A DNA stretch of 64,000 bases, taken from the NCBI RefSeq assembly GCF_004010195.1, contig NC_057751.1:5449223-5513222 (forward strand). The letters run 5' to 3'. The DNA is from Chiloscyllium plagiosum (Eukaryota). Below the pieces are notes generated by a model that saw only the letters and a list, made by a program, of their open reading frames with translations, searched no databases and was not told where the DNA came from. Shown here piece after piece: positions 1-63,875 of the stretch. Each line of letters begins with the position of its first letter. Within the stretch, counting starts at the first letter, position 1. The position numbers and the translations under genes are program-made.

Positions 1-829
1 CAGAGACGATCAGAGCACACCAAAAATAAATGACAATCTGCTCAAGACGTGGAGCTTCCATCAAGTCTCCACCAGGTCATGCCCCATGTGTCACCTGCCC
101 ATACATCATCCATCACCGTGCTGTTCACTCAATGACACTGGCCTGTGCAATTAACTCCTCCTTTGTTCCAAATGTCATTTCCACTCTTGTTGTGAGATCC
201 ACTCCTCTCAACATCCAAAGGCAAATCTCAAACAATATGCTTTCACATCAATGCAGCAGGCAGAAACAGCACCCTGCCAAAGCTCTGTGTGTCTCTCTCT
301 CTCTCTTTCCCACACCAAGGAATGGGCGGCCACCAAAATGTACTTAACGTGCATCCCAAGACACTTGGAATCAATGTAACTTTCATTTTGATGCCACAGG
401 ACTATGCATTTCTTTCTCTGCCGTTGACTTAATGAAATTAAACAACAAGCCTCCGTGGAGGGAGAACAGCTTTCACTGTGCCTGAGAACACAGTGTGCTT
501 TTCCCAGCTCAACCTCGTCTGAACCATGGTGTGCAACATCCCGACAATTCCAAGGCATGGTGTAAGACACACAATCCTAGAGAAATGCCAACAAAGCCTG
601 CCAGCCTCAGGGGGGAGAAAAACGCACCTCACTGGGAAGAATATGAACAGGAGATGGAAAATGGGCAGGGAAGATAGGATCAGAATGGATTGCCCTAGTT
701 CAAGAACTAGCACAAAAACCATTGGATGGGTTTCTGTCCTGCCTGTGCGATCATTTCTTTTATTCTGTTCCAGTGATCGTTTGCGTCCTCGCTACTCCTC
801 CTCTGTCAGTCACATTTGTTGTTACAGTA

Positions 830-999
830 CAGTAGAACCTCGATTATCCAAATCTGATCGCAGACAAGCAGTAATTTATAAGTGCCGGTTATCTGCCAAG
901 CACGCCGTAATGCTGTTTAACGGATAACTGAATGCTGAGTTGCCTAATGCCATTTTTACGGGACCTGGAGATCTTGTTCAGATAATCGAGGTTGTACTG
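830..999. mobile_element. Tc1/mariner (Pogo/Tigger-like) MITE
   Basis: TIRs CAGTAGAACCTCGATTATC / GATAATCGAGGTTGTACTG (18/19 match); TA target duplication at 828-829 and 1000-1001. Confidence 0.85.
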
Positions 1000-1568
1000 T
1001 ACTGTGCTGGTGGCATGTCCTGCAAACATTTTCACCACAAATTGCAGTTAACAGCCAAACGAAAGGATGCTTCCTTTGCATTCCCTTGCCCTTTGCATTA
1101 AATTACAGGTTACAGTGGCAAAAGCAACATCTGGAATGCCCTGCAAGCTGTGCAAAAATAACTGGCAAAAATTCAATTTGTTTGAAAGGAAAGGGTGTTC
1201 TATTCAAAAGACAATTTTCCAGACACGAGCAGAGGAAAGAAAAACCTTAATTGAATCTCTCTGGAGTGGCCCAAGTATCCAGTTCCAGATGTGGCTGATT
1301 AAGGAGAGGGTAGTTATTATCCATCTGTGCTGTCTGGCCTCCCTTTACAACATCCACCTTGAAAACTTGTTCGTGAGAGCAGTGTGAAACTCTAGTATCT
1401 GTCAAACTCCATTACACAGATGCAAAGCAACACTTGTACAGGGAACTGCAGTTTGGGTGCAGTGGCATCAGTGCTCTGTGCCAGCAAGGCTGCAAAGCTT
1501 GTCCACCGACAGTCGGGCTGATTGCAAGATTTTCCCAAACCCAATCAGGATAAGCACATGCAACTCAC

Positions 1569-53716
<52,148 letters not shown>

Positions 53717-53724
53717 GGTGTCCG

Positions 53725-53790
53725 CTCTCCCCTCTCTCTCTCTGTTGGAGTCTCTCTCTCCTTCCTTCTCTCTCTCTCTCTCTCTCCCTC
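53725..53790. repeat. (CT)n / (GA)n tract in the GFPT1 5'UTR
   Basis: ctctcccctctctctc...tctctctctctctctcccct immediately 5' of the ATG on the minus strand. Confidence 0.85.
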
Positions 53791-54072
53791 ACACACTCCC
53801 TCCGTCAGGCGCCGAGAGCGGCCTCGCTACGGGGCGGACACACCCCCTCCCGCAGGGGGGGCGGCGCGAGCCAACGCCCCGCCCCACCACCGCCGCCGCC
53901 GCCTTCCCATTGGTCCCGCTCCCCCGCCGTGGCCCCGCCTCCCCGCCCGGCCGCGACTCCCGATTGGCCGGGGCCGCCGCCCCTCATCGCTGGTGGGCGG
54001 TTGGCAGTGAGTGGGGGCGGGGCCTGCCCGGTGCCCCCGCCTACCCGCCTCTGATTGACAGCCCCGCCCGGG

Positions 54073-54081
54073 GACGTGGCA
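54073..54081. promoter_or_regulatory. Putative XBP1s/CREB3-family (UPRE-like) site
   Basis: GACGTGGCA (TGCCACGTC on minus strand), ~360 bp upstream of the ATG. Confidence 0.45.
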
Positions 54082-54259
54082 CCAGGATGTGGGTGAGGAC
54101 AGAGAGGAGGGCTGCTGCAATCCAGCCTCCTTGCCTTGCAAACCTTCCAAATCAAACTGCTCCAGAGAATCCAGCATTCGGTGGCAGTGAACAAAAACAT
54201 AAAGAAATCCTTCCCTTCCCCCCCTCCACCACCTTGGATATGACTTCCACTTTTTTTTA

Positions 54260-54850
54260 ATTTTTCGTTGATTGCAAATATCGATTCCGAAGTGAAAGAT
54301 CATGTATGAGAGCAGACCCTCTCTCAGAACGCACACACATGCAACCTCGCACGCACCCTCTCTCACATACTCCACACACACACACATTTAAGTTTATGGG
54401 GTGAATTTGTATTTGCAGAAATTAATTTGTTCAAAAACTGCATAAATTCATGTAAGATCCTGTAAATTCCACTTTACAAATAGAACCAGTCTAACTCAAC
54501 GTTGAGACACAGACAGACTTGTACCTCACACCTTTAAGGCGTTGCCTGAGCACAGATGATGTCTATTGTTGGAAAAATTAAAGCTATTTTGAGAATGTAA
54601 CTGAAAAGGAGTTCTGGGATTTACATATTAAAGAATGGAATGAGCACATCCCATTCTAAAAGTTGGAAGACTTAATCTAAATTTGTTTAATATAAAATTA
54701 CATCTCCATGACACTAACATTTTTGCTTGAAATTCTGTGTCTTATGACCTTATACTTCACAAGGAGCAGTGATCTGAAAGCCAGTGCTTCCTAATAAATC
54801 TATTTATTGGTTGGACTATAATCTGAAATTGTGTGATTTTTAACTTCATA
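54260..54850 (+). mobile_element. Decayed Penelope-like 3'/pLTR fragment with a (CA)n tract
   Basis: Ends aaggagcagtgatctgaaagccagtgcttcc...gtgtgatttttaact, same family as the 18531 insert; left boundary approximate. Confidence 0.6.
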
Positions 54851-55423
54851 CATGAGGGGACAGTTTTTGAGATGCTTCTCGTCTGCTGCAAATATATTGA
54901 AGAGGGAGAATTTTATGAATTCAGTCCACAACATTTTGGGAGGATGACAACCAATTTAACCAATTCAGATCCAGTGAGAAATTCACTCATTGCATACATA
55001 GGTGACAATTTTAATTAAAAGGTAAATATCATCTGGTTCATTTTAGTTGGAAGGTCAGTGCTTTCAAATTTGGATGATGTCAAAGTTTTATGGTAAAAGG
55101 ATAAAGTTTTAATCCAAATTATTGCACTGATTAATTGAACTGCACTTAGCAATAGCTAGTTGAAGTGCAATGTGAAATTTGTTTGGTTGATTTCACTCTT
55201 TGATATCTTTCTAGTACTTTCTTTCATTGCAAAATCTGTCACCAGCAGATACTGACCATTTAGGAGAATAGAAATTGTATCCAATATTCATTCCCAAATA
55301 ATATAAAGTTTTATTCCATACATCAGTATTCACTCTCTCTGCCTCGGACACTGTCAGTTGGGAGACAGATTCCTCCTGGGAACAGATTCAATGGTCACTT
55401 TAACAATGGAGCTGGGGCAACAG

Positions 55424-56104
55424 AGAATCATGGAGATATACAGCACAGAAAGAGAACCCTTGCTCCAACTCGTCCATGCCGACCAGATATCCAAAATTAA
55501 TCTAGTCCCATTTTCAGAACTTGACCCATATCCCTCTAAACCCTTCCTGTTCATATACCCATCCAGATGCCTTTTAAATGTTGTCATTGTACCAGCCTCC
55601 ACTACTTCCTCTGGCAGCTCATTCCATACATGCACCACCCTTTCCATGAAAAAGTTGCCCCTTAGGTCCCTTTTAAGTCTTTCCCCTCTCACTCTAAACC
55701 TATGTCCTCTACTTCTGGAGTCTCCCACCCCAGGGAAAAGACCTCGTCTACTTACCCTGTCCTTGCCCCACATGATTTTATCAACTTTTGTAAGGTTACC
55801 CTCAGCCTCCAATGCTCCAAGGAAAACAGCCCCAGCCTATTTAGCCTCTCCCTATCATACAAACCCTCCAACCCTGGCAACATCCTTGTAAATCTTTTCT
55901 GATCCCTTTCAAGTTTCACAACATCCTTCCGATACCACACTTGCACACAATATTCCAAAAGTGGCCTAACCAATGTCCTGGAGAGCCACAACATGACCTC
56001 CTAACTCCCATATTCAATGCTCTGACCAATAAAGAAAAGCGTATCAAATGCTTTCTTCACTATCCTACCTACCTGCAACTCCAGTTTCAAGAAGCCTACA
56101 ATGA
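55424..56104 (-). mobile_element. CR1 (HER1-like) 3' portion
   Basis: ORFs 55354-55812 and 55752-55994 (LVRPLLEYCVQVW, SRGHRF, VWNELP). Confidence 0.9.
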
Positions 56105-57604
56105 ACCTAACAGCCATGGGGTGGAACTGATTTTGGACAGTCTTTTCACACATGCAAGACACAAAAGGCCCAGTGTTCTCCTTCAGAGCTCTGTCATTTA
56201 CACCAGCTATTGAGCTTGACACTTAAACTGCTTTGACTCACTTCACCCTGAAGTTGCTCCTAACTCAGCCCTTTGACCACACTTTTGTGATTCTGCCCCA
56301 AAACTATTGGTTCACGGGAAGGTATTAAATAAATATTCCATCTGCATTGGCCCATGAAAGTTTTGATGGTTGATTGTGAAACTGAATAGTTGCTGCATAA
56401 TTATGTTGAAAAGCTATGGAATTGGCCTCACAAGGATTGTGAAACTGTCCTCTGGCTGCAGGTACGTACAGTGCCATTCAGTCTGGGTGAAGAGCAACTG
56501 TGCACTGGCTGTATGGGAAAAGTCCCTTGTGGTCTACAACATCTAGTTTACTCCACAGTTGTAACTGACAGCAGATTATTCTGGGGTGACAGACAGTTTA
56601 CACATATCAGGAGGTGATCCGGGATGGTCACTCATGACAGTACAGCAAATGCTTACCATACTGATTCATGGGGTGGAAGGACATTTTCTCTTAACTCATT
56701 GGATGTCTGCGGAGCTGCTGCAGTCGGCATTTATTGCCTGTTCCTAGGTAGCCCATGAGAAGGTGGGAGTGAGCTGCCTTCTTGAACCACTGCAATACAT
56801 GTGAGTTGACCCACAATGCCCTCAGGGAGGGAATTCCAGGATTTTGACCCAGTGACAGTGAAGGAACAGCGATTTATTTCCAAGTCAGGATGGTGACTGG
56901 CTTGTAGGGAAAAGTGCGTGGTAGTGTTCCCATGTATCTGTTGTCTTCTGAAGAAGGGCTAGAATGGTTAGCATGAAACTCACTGCAGGTTCAGAGAATG
57001 GAAGTGAATCTTAAAGAAAGCAATAACATTTGAACAGGAAGAGACAGGGTCAATGCAGGAAGGATGTGCGCAAGGACCAACGCGTCCATAACCATAGGTT
57101 AAAGTCAAAAGATATATTTCGTACTGAGATGAATAGAAATTTCTTGGCCCAGAGAATGATGAACCACAGAAAGTAGTCAAGGCCATCATGAAAACATTCA
57201 ATGTGTTGGAGTCAGATAATGTTTCAGGGATGATGGGATTAAAGGACAACACGTTACTGAGTTTGATGATTAGCCATGCTCATAATGAATGGTGTAGTAG
57301 GGCCAGAAAGGACCGACTCCTGACCCTATTCTCTCTGTTTCTCTGTCAGATTCCCACCTCTGAGATCTAAAACTGTTCACTGAACATGCTTCAGTCCAAA
57401 GAAAAACTGAAATTGCTGGAGAAACTCAGCAATTCTTGTAGTATCTGTCGAGATGAGAAATAGAGTTAATGTTTCAGGTTTAGTGAGTCTTCTTCAGAGG
57501 CTTTAAAATGATGAAATGTTTCAATAGAGTAGAGCCTGTTTGAGCTCTTTATTGCCTGTTACTCAAGTGCTATTAACTAATGTGGCAGAGGATAAAATAA
57601 TGCA

Positions 57605-58296
57605 GCACATTGAGCTGTACAGCACAGAAACAAACCCTTTGGTCCAACTCGTCCATGCTGACCAGATAGCCTCAATTAATCTAGTCTCATTTGCCAGCAT
57701 TTGGCCAGTATCCCTCTAAACCCTCCTATTCATATAACCAATCAGATCCCTTTAAAATGGTTGTCCCAGCCTCCACCACTTCCACTGGCAGCTCATTCCA
57801 CACATGCACCATCTTCTGCGTGACCAAGATACCCCTTAGGTCCCTTTTAAAACTTTACCCTCTCACCCTAAACCTATGCCCTCGAGTTTCGGACTCCCTT
57901 ACCATGGGGAAAATACCTTGGAAATTCACCCTATCCGTGCTGAATTTATAAACCTCGATAAGATCATTCCCCAGCCTCCGACGCTCTGGGGAAAATAGCC
58001 CCAGCCTATTCAGCCTCTCCCTACAGCCCAACCCTGACAACATCCTTTCTGAACCCTTTCAAGTTTCACAACATCTTTCCCATAACAGGGAGACCAAAAC
58101 TGAACGCAGTGTTCTGAACCAATGTCTTGTACAGCTGCAATGTGCCCCCCCCCAACTCCAATACTCAATGCACTGACCAAGAAAGGCAAACATACCAAAT
58201 GCCTTCTTCACTACTGCCTACCTGCAACTTCACTTTCAATCAGCTATGAACCTGCATCCCAAAGTCTCTTTGATCAGCAACACTCCCCAGGACCAT
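57605..58296 (-). mobile_element. CR1 (HER1-like) 3' portion
   Basis: EHCVQFWSP, ERLNRLGLFS, TRGHRF. Confidence 0.85.
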
Positions 58297-58953
58297 AACT
58301 CATTCAAAATAAACCTGGTAAACATGGCGCAGAAACATAGCTGTTTGTCAAGAACTATGCTGAGCCAGTCGGAGTACGGGCTGCAGGTCATGAAGACTTT
58401 GAGCTGAAGTGCATGGCCAATACCATGGCTGCTTTCTGCACTGAAATGGTTTCACTTTGAGCTGGGAACAATACCTTTCAATGACACTCTCCATTTGCCA
58501 CATCCTCTGCAACGCTGTTGTCTGACAACCTGGAGAGGTCAAACTCTACCTTCAGCTCCAAGATCCCTTCTCTTAAATCCAAATGTCAAACATGGAGATG
58601 GGCGAGGAATTTTGACAGAACACATGAGAATGACTTCTCCCACTTCGGAGCGGGATGTGCTGCTTCGGTTTGGTTTATCCCCTTGAATGTCCAAGAGGGT
58701 CACCATTTGCATTAGAGACGGTGTGTGGTGCAGATTGTAAAAGAATCAGTGCCTTCTTTTCTATTTGTATATTAACTACTCTGTTCAAATGTGGCCCAGT
58801 CTTCCTTCAACTTGGGAATGAAAACATTCCAATACTGAGCTCCAGGATGAGGCAAAGTGAGGTATTCCTTGACAACCTGCCCTAAATCTTGCTCTTCTGC
58901 TTGTCTGTACCCCAGGCTTACATCGAAACAGGGTCCAGCATCGTGTGGAAGAG

Positions 58954-59953
58954 TGAGCTGGGTCAATGTCAAATCCTCTCCATGTGTAAATAAAGGGTAA
59001 CATGGTGACAAAATCATAGAATTCCTGCAGCGTGGAAACAGGCCATTTGGCCCAACGAGTCCACACCGACCTTCCGAAGAGTATCCTACCTACACCCATT
59101 CCCCTAACACTCTACATTTCCCCTGACTCATGCAACTAGCCGATACACCCCCGTTAGCCAGGTCAGCTCAACAGAATAAAACAAAGCCCTGATTCTGTAG
59201 AAGAAACTGCTCCTGGGAGAGACAGCTCTGCTGAGCTGAACCACTTTGAGTTTTCTGTGCTAAGGGCACAGTTCTGGTATACTTGTGGATGATGAAAATG
59301 AAGGTGGACGATCTGGGAGTGGAGGTTTTTGCACAATGATTGCGAGTTGTCTGGTCCAGGCAACACTGGACTCCACACACCTTTTGATTTTCACAGCTTG
59401 CAAGGCACTCATACAAAAGCTAAGGCTCAGAAGCGACCTGTCCAAAAAACTACAACTGAAAAGACACACCACGGGACTGTATTTAACCATGCAACAGCTG
59501 ACATAAAGCATATGATTCACTCCAGACCCTGGGGTTTTAGGCTGAAGTAACTCCACAAGGGCCAGTATCCCCGGGCAGCAGAGTGGTTCGCACTGTTGCC
59601 TCACAGAACCAGGCACCCATTATGATTTCAGTCACAGGCAATTGTCTGTGTGGAGTTTGCCCATTCTCCTCGGGTCTGCGCGGGTTTCCTCCCACAACCT
59701 AAAGATGTGCTGGTCAGGTGAATTGGCCAAGCTAAGTTGCCCTATAACGTTGAGGGGTGTATAGGCTAGGTGCATGAGTCAGGGGAAATGTAGAGTGTTA
59801 GGGGAATGGGTGTAGGTAGGATACTCTTCGGAAGGTCGGTGTGGACTCGTTGGGCCAAATGGCCTGTTTCCACGCTGCAGGAATTCTATGATTTCGTCAC
59901 CATGTTACCCTTTATTTACACATGGAGAGGATTTGACATTGACCCCCAGCTCA
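58954..59953. repeat. Inverted duplication: arms 58954-59151 and 59754-59953 around a ~600-bp spacer
   Basis: ~198-bp arms differing by 3 substitutions and one 2-nt indel. Confidence 0.92.
59573..59893 (+). mobile_element. HE1-like V-SINE
   Basis: gtggttcgcactgttgcctcacag head, tctgtgtggagtttgcccattctcc V-domain, CR1-like tail. Confidence 0.8.
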
Positions 59954-61369
59954 TGATCCTCAGGGTGAAGCTCGGTGCAGACTGGATGCTTGGCGCCAGC
60001 GTGGTCTGGTTTGGAAGACCATGGTTCTAAACTTTTATTTCGGCAACACTGGACATTTAATTAGTCTATTTTCTAAGATCTTGTAACGAAAGAAGCTGTA
60101 ACTACGTGCCTTTGTAGGTAAGATGGCGCTATAAGTGACAACATATAAATTTTTCACTACACACGATACTCATTGAGTATTTGTGATTCTAATTCGAATT
60201 CCCTGACACTCCTGTTTCCACCCATCAAGCAGACCTGGTTAACAGCCTCTCTCAGGGAACTCACATTCTAGGAGGCTAACCTCATTCCAATCTGCAAAGG
60301 TGGAGTCACATCCCATTAATTCCTGTACATGTGGCCAGCCACCCACCATTCATCTGCAGGCTTAAGTGAAACTAGGCGAGGATATCTTTAACATCACAAG
60401 CACAGAGCCAGGTCAACCAGCAGCCCCAGTACTTTCTGTTCCAGGATATCATTACCTGTAACGTAAACTATGACGACACCAGTAGAACAACAGTAATAAA
60501 ACGCAATAGGTTCAGCACTGCTCATTAAGTTATTTCTGTAAATGAATCAAGTTCAACCCATGGTTTCCATGGTTACAAAGCACAGATTCAAGCCTGCCAG
60601 GGAACATTGTAGACTTATAAAATTCCTTATCTTTATGATGGCTCTAATTTCTCAATGCAAGTGAGTTGGAATGCATCATAAAATTGAGGAGGAATACCAG
60701 GAAGTCCCACATCCAGATTTAACATGATACAACAGGGTGATCAGATGGAGAACAATTAACTTCATTAGTCAAACTTGGCTGTTGCTTGTATACTGTCAGA
60801 ACCAAGCTGAGAATTCTACAAGAAAGAAATTCTCATGATTGTTTGATTTTCAAACAGTACTGACAAAATTAGAAGTGGAATATCAATTTTTGGTAGGATT
60901 GTAAACAAGTCAAGATATGCTTCCACAGATATCTGTATGATTCCTTAAATCCACTCTGACAGAAAAGTCACCTCTGGAAGTGAGGTCTTTGACTGTGGGA
61001 TTGATCTTGACTTCCTTTTCTGTTAACATTCCACGTTGCTGGACGTCTTTCTCACTCTGTTCATTTCAACTGCACGAGGAAAGGCACATTGTTGAACGGC
61101 AGTGCGTCACACTTTACTCAGGGAGTCTGCACATGGTTGCTGGAATTATGAATCGTGGTGGGAAATGGCCCAAATTTCTCCACATGAAATGGCTCAACCA
61201 GGAGTCTGTCTCATGATGCATGGTGGGAGCGGACAGGATTTACAAGTTGGCACTCTGTTTGGCTGCATCATGGCTGTCATTTCCTTAGCCATCGAGTCCT
61301 GGAGGGGGAATTCAAACCTCAGTATCTGGCTCAGAGGTTGAAGCACCTTGAGTGCTCAGACCTGAGAGG

Positions 61370-61960
61370 ACAGGAGTCGGGACATTACGTTGAGGTTTTA
61401 CAGAAAATTGGTGAGGCCTATTCTGGAGTATTCTGTCCAATTCTGGTCACCCTGTAACAGGAAGGATATTATTAAACTGGAGAGGTTTCAGAAGAGATTG
61501 ACCAGGATGTTGCCTGGAATAGAAGGTTTGATTTATAAGGAGAGGCTGGATAGGCTGGGACTTTTTTCACTGCAGCACAGGAGACTGAGAGGTGACCTTA
61601 TTGAGGTTTATAAAATCATGAGGGGTATAGATAAAGTCAGCGGCAAAAATTTCTTTTCCACAGTATGAGGGATTTCAAGACTATGGTGCATATTTTAAAG
61701 GTGAGAAAACAAAGATTTTAAAAAACCTTCGGGGCAATTTTTGTTTTTTACACAGAGTGTGGTTAATGTGTGGAATGAACTTCCAGAGGAAGTGATGGAT
61801 GTGGATACAATTACAACATTTAAAAGACATTTGGATAAGTTCATGAATAAGAAATGTTTGGAGGGATAGGGTCCAAGTGTAGGCAGGTGGGATTAATTTA
61901 GTTTGAGATTACAGTCAGCGTGAAGACTCTGTTTCCAAGCTATATGACTCACTGACTCTA
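61370..61960 (+). mobile_element. CR1 3' portion
   Basis: ORF 61390-61668 LVRPILEYSVQFWSP...RRLRGDLIEVYKIMRG. Confidence 0.9.
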
Positions 61961-62160
61961 TAACTGGGTGCACCACCACGACATCCTGGTTTGCCCCCCT
62001 TCATAATGACTGAACAAATACATACTTCAAATATGAAGGGGTGGCAGGAGAGAGAATTGTTCTTTGAAAAAACTGCCCAAGAGCACTAACAGATAGCTGG
62101 CACAACACAAAGCCGGTCAGGCCATCCAAAGACATGCAAAATCAACTGAAAAACTCAAGC

Positions 62161-62174
62161 TTTAATGCTTTATT
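62161..62174 (-). terminator. Polyadenylation signals (AATAAA 62169-62174, ATTAAA 62161-62166) of the upstream gene
   Basis: Two hexamers ~125 nt after the TGA, followed on the minus strand by a GT/T-rich downstream element (gagtttttcagttgattttgcatgtctttgg). Confidence 0.65.
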
Positions 62175-62299
62175 GCAACATATATTATTCTGTTTCACAA
62201 TGCGTTGCAGCCAGTAGAGGTGCCAATAAATTGTTAAGGTGCATGAGGATTTACCAACAGGCAGCACATTTGGGTTATCACCCTGTGGTCACCAAACAT

Positions 62300-62335
62300 T
62301 CACGAAACGTCGGCTTCGAGTTCTTCATCTGTAAC
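62300..62335 (-). CDS. NFU1: Probable terminal coding exon of NFU1 (Fe-S cluster scaffold): VTDEELEADVS*
   Basis: ttttattgccag|GTT ACA GAT GAA GAA...TGA; short acidic phase-0 last exon resembling human VMDDESDEKEANSP*; followed by poly(A) signals; matches the mammalian NFU1-GFPT1 same-strand order. Confidence 0.7.
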   Translation of the reverse strand, partial: VTDEELEADVS

Positions 62336-63167
62336 CTGGCAATAAAACAGGAAGTCATTAAACTCAGTCATAATGGAGATTCTCCCTTCGCTTGGCAGCA
62401 AGGTTCACTTATCAAGTTTTGTTCTGACTGAAATGGGCATTTCCTTGAAATAGAGCTGAAAAATGTGTTGCTGGAAAAGCGCAGCAGGTCAGGCAGCATC
62501 TAAGGAGCAGGAGAATCAACGTTTTGGGCATGAACCCTTCTTCAGGAATGAGGAGGGTGTGCCAAGCAGGCTCCTTCCTCCCCTTCCTAGACCTCTCCAT
62601 TTCTATCTCGGGCGACCGACTCAACACGGACATTTACTATAAACCGACTGACTCCCACAGCTACCTAGATTACACCTCCTCCCACCCTGCCCCCTGTAAA
62701 AACGTCATCCCATATTCCCAATTCCTTCGCCTCCGCCACATTTGCTCCCAGGAGGACCAATTCCAATACCAAACAATCCAGATGGCCTCCTTCTCCAAAG
62801 ACCACAATTTTCCCTCAGATGTAGTCGACGATGCTCTCCTCCACTTCCTGCTCCTCCGCCCTTGAACCCCGCCCCTCCAATCGCCACCAGGACAGAACCC
62901 CACTGGTCCTCACCTGCCACCCCACCAACCTCCAGATACATCGTATCATCCTTCATCATTTCTGCCACCTCCAAACATACGCCACCATCAAGGATATATT
63001 TCCCTACCCTCCCCTATCGGCGTTCCGGAAAGACCACTCCCTCAGCGACTCCCTCGTCAGGTCCACACCCCCCACCAACCCAACCTCCACTCCCGACACC
63101 TTCCCTTGCAACCGCAAAAAATGTAAAACTTGCGCCCACACCTCCCCCCTCACTTCCCTCCAAGGCC

Positions 63168-63279
63168 NNNNNNNNNNNNNNNNNNNNNNNNNNNNNNNNN
63201 NNNNNNNNNNNNNNNNNNNNNNNNNNNNNNNNNNNNNNNNNNNNNNNNNNNNNNNNNNNNNNNNNNNNNNNNNNNNNNN
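63168..63279. other. Assembly gap (112 N)
   Basis: N run. Confidence 1.
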
Positions 63280-63411
63280 CTCTCTGCCCCCACCCCCTCT
63301 CCGGCCCATCATCCTCACCTTAACCTCCTTCCACCTATCGCATTCCCAACGCCCCTCCCCCAAGTCCCTCCTCCCTACCTTTTATCTTAGCCTGCTTGGC
63401 ACACTTTCCTC

Positions 63412-63445
63412 ATTCTGAAGAAGGGCTCATACCCGAAACATCAAT
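63412..63445 (+). ncRNA. Minimal hammerhead motif in a Penelope pLTR
   Basis: ATT-CTGAAGA-A-GGG ctcata CCC-GAAA-CA-TC-AAT; stem III palindrome lost (CG to CA). Confidence 0.5.
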
Positions 63446-63735
63446 TCTCCTGCTCCTTGGATGCTGCCTGACCTGCTGCGCTTTTCCAGCAACACATGTT
63501 TCAGCTCGGATCTCCAGTATCTGCAGTCCTCACTTTCTCCTATTTCCTTGAGACAGTCCACCCCAACTGTAAACACAAACTCCACTCTGGTGTAATCCTC
63601 TGCATTTCCTAAACAAAGAGAACGTGCAGTTTCCTTAAAATCCGTTCATGGGGTTAGGCCAGCATTTATTGCCCATCTCTCGTTAAGAGTCACCCACGTC
63701 ACTGGGGTCACGTGTAGGCCAGAATGGGTAAGGTC

Positions 63736-63875
63736 TCCTCCTGAACTAGTCCTGAAGAAGGGTCACACCCGAAACGTTGACTTCTCCACCTCTGGATGCT
63801 GCCCGGCTTGCTGTGTTCTTCCAGCCTCCTGCCTGTCCACTTTGGATTCCAGCACTTGCAGTTTTTTTTTGTCTC
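63736..63875 (+). mobile_element. Penelope-like pLTR insertion inside an older LINE 3'UTR-like repeat (63650-64000)
   Basis: Duplicated ggtaaggtc at 63727-63735 and 63882-63890. Confidence 0.7.
63748..63782 (+). ncRNA. Minimal type I hammerhead ribozyme motif, best-preserved copy
   Basis: AGTC-CTGAAGA-A-GGGT cac ACCC-GAAA-CG-TT-GACT: 4-bp stem I, 4-bp stem II, palindromic AACGTT. Confidence 0.72.

Larger units (their letters stand above)
62454..63541 (+). mobile_element. 5'-truncated Penelope-like retroelement (Neptune-like) with an inverted 5' pLTR
   Basis: LPFLDLSI...DIYYKPTDSHSYLDYTSSHP (PLE RT thumb); FPCNRKKCKTC Cys linker; pLTRs at 62454-62550 (-) and ~63400-63541 (+); TSD atttccttga(aatag/gacag) at 62439-62453 and 63542-63556. 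Confidence 0.88.

Noticed and set aside
53909..53967. ERSE or ERSE-II element
   Set aside because: CCAAT and CCACG half-sites are present but the spacing is not N9, and ATTGGTCCCGC does not match ATTGG-N-CCACG.
58785..60030. Two ORFs with identical N-termini (MGVGRILFGRSVW...)
   Set aside because: They are translations of the two arms of the inverted SINE-tail duplication, not genes.
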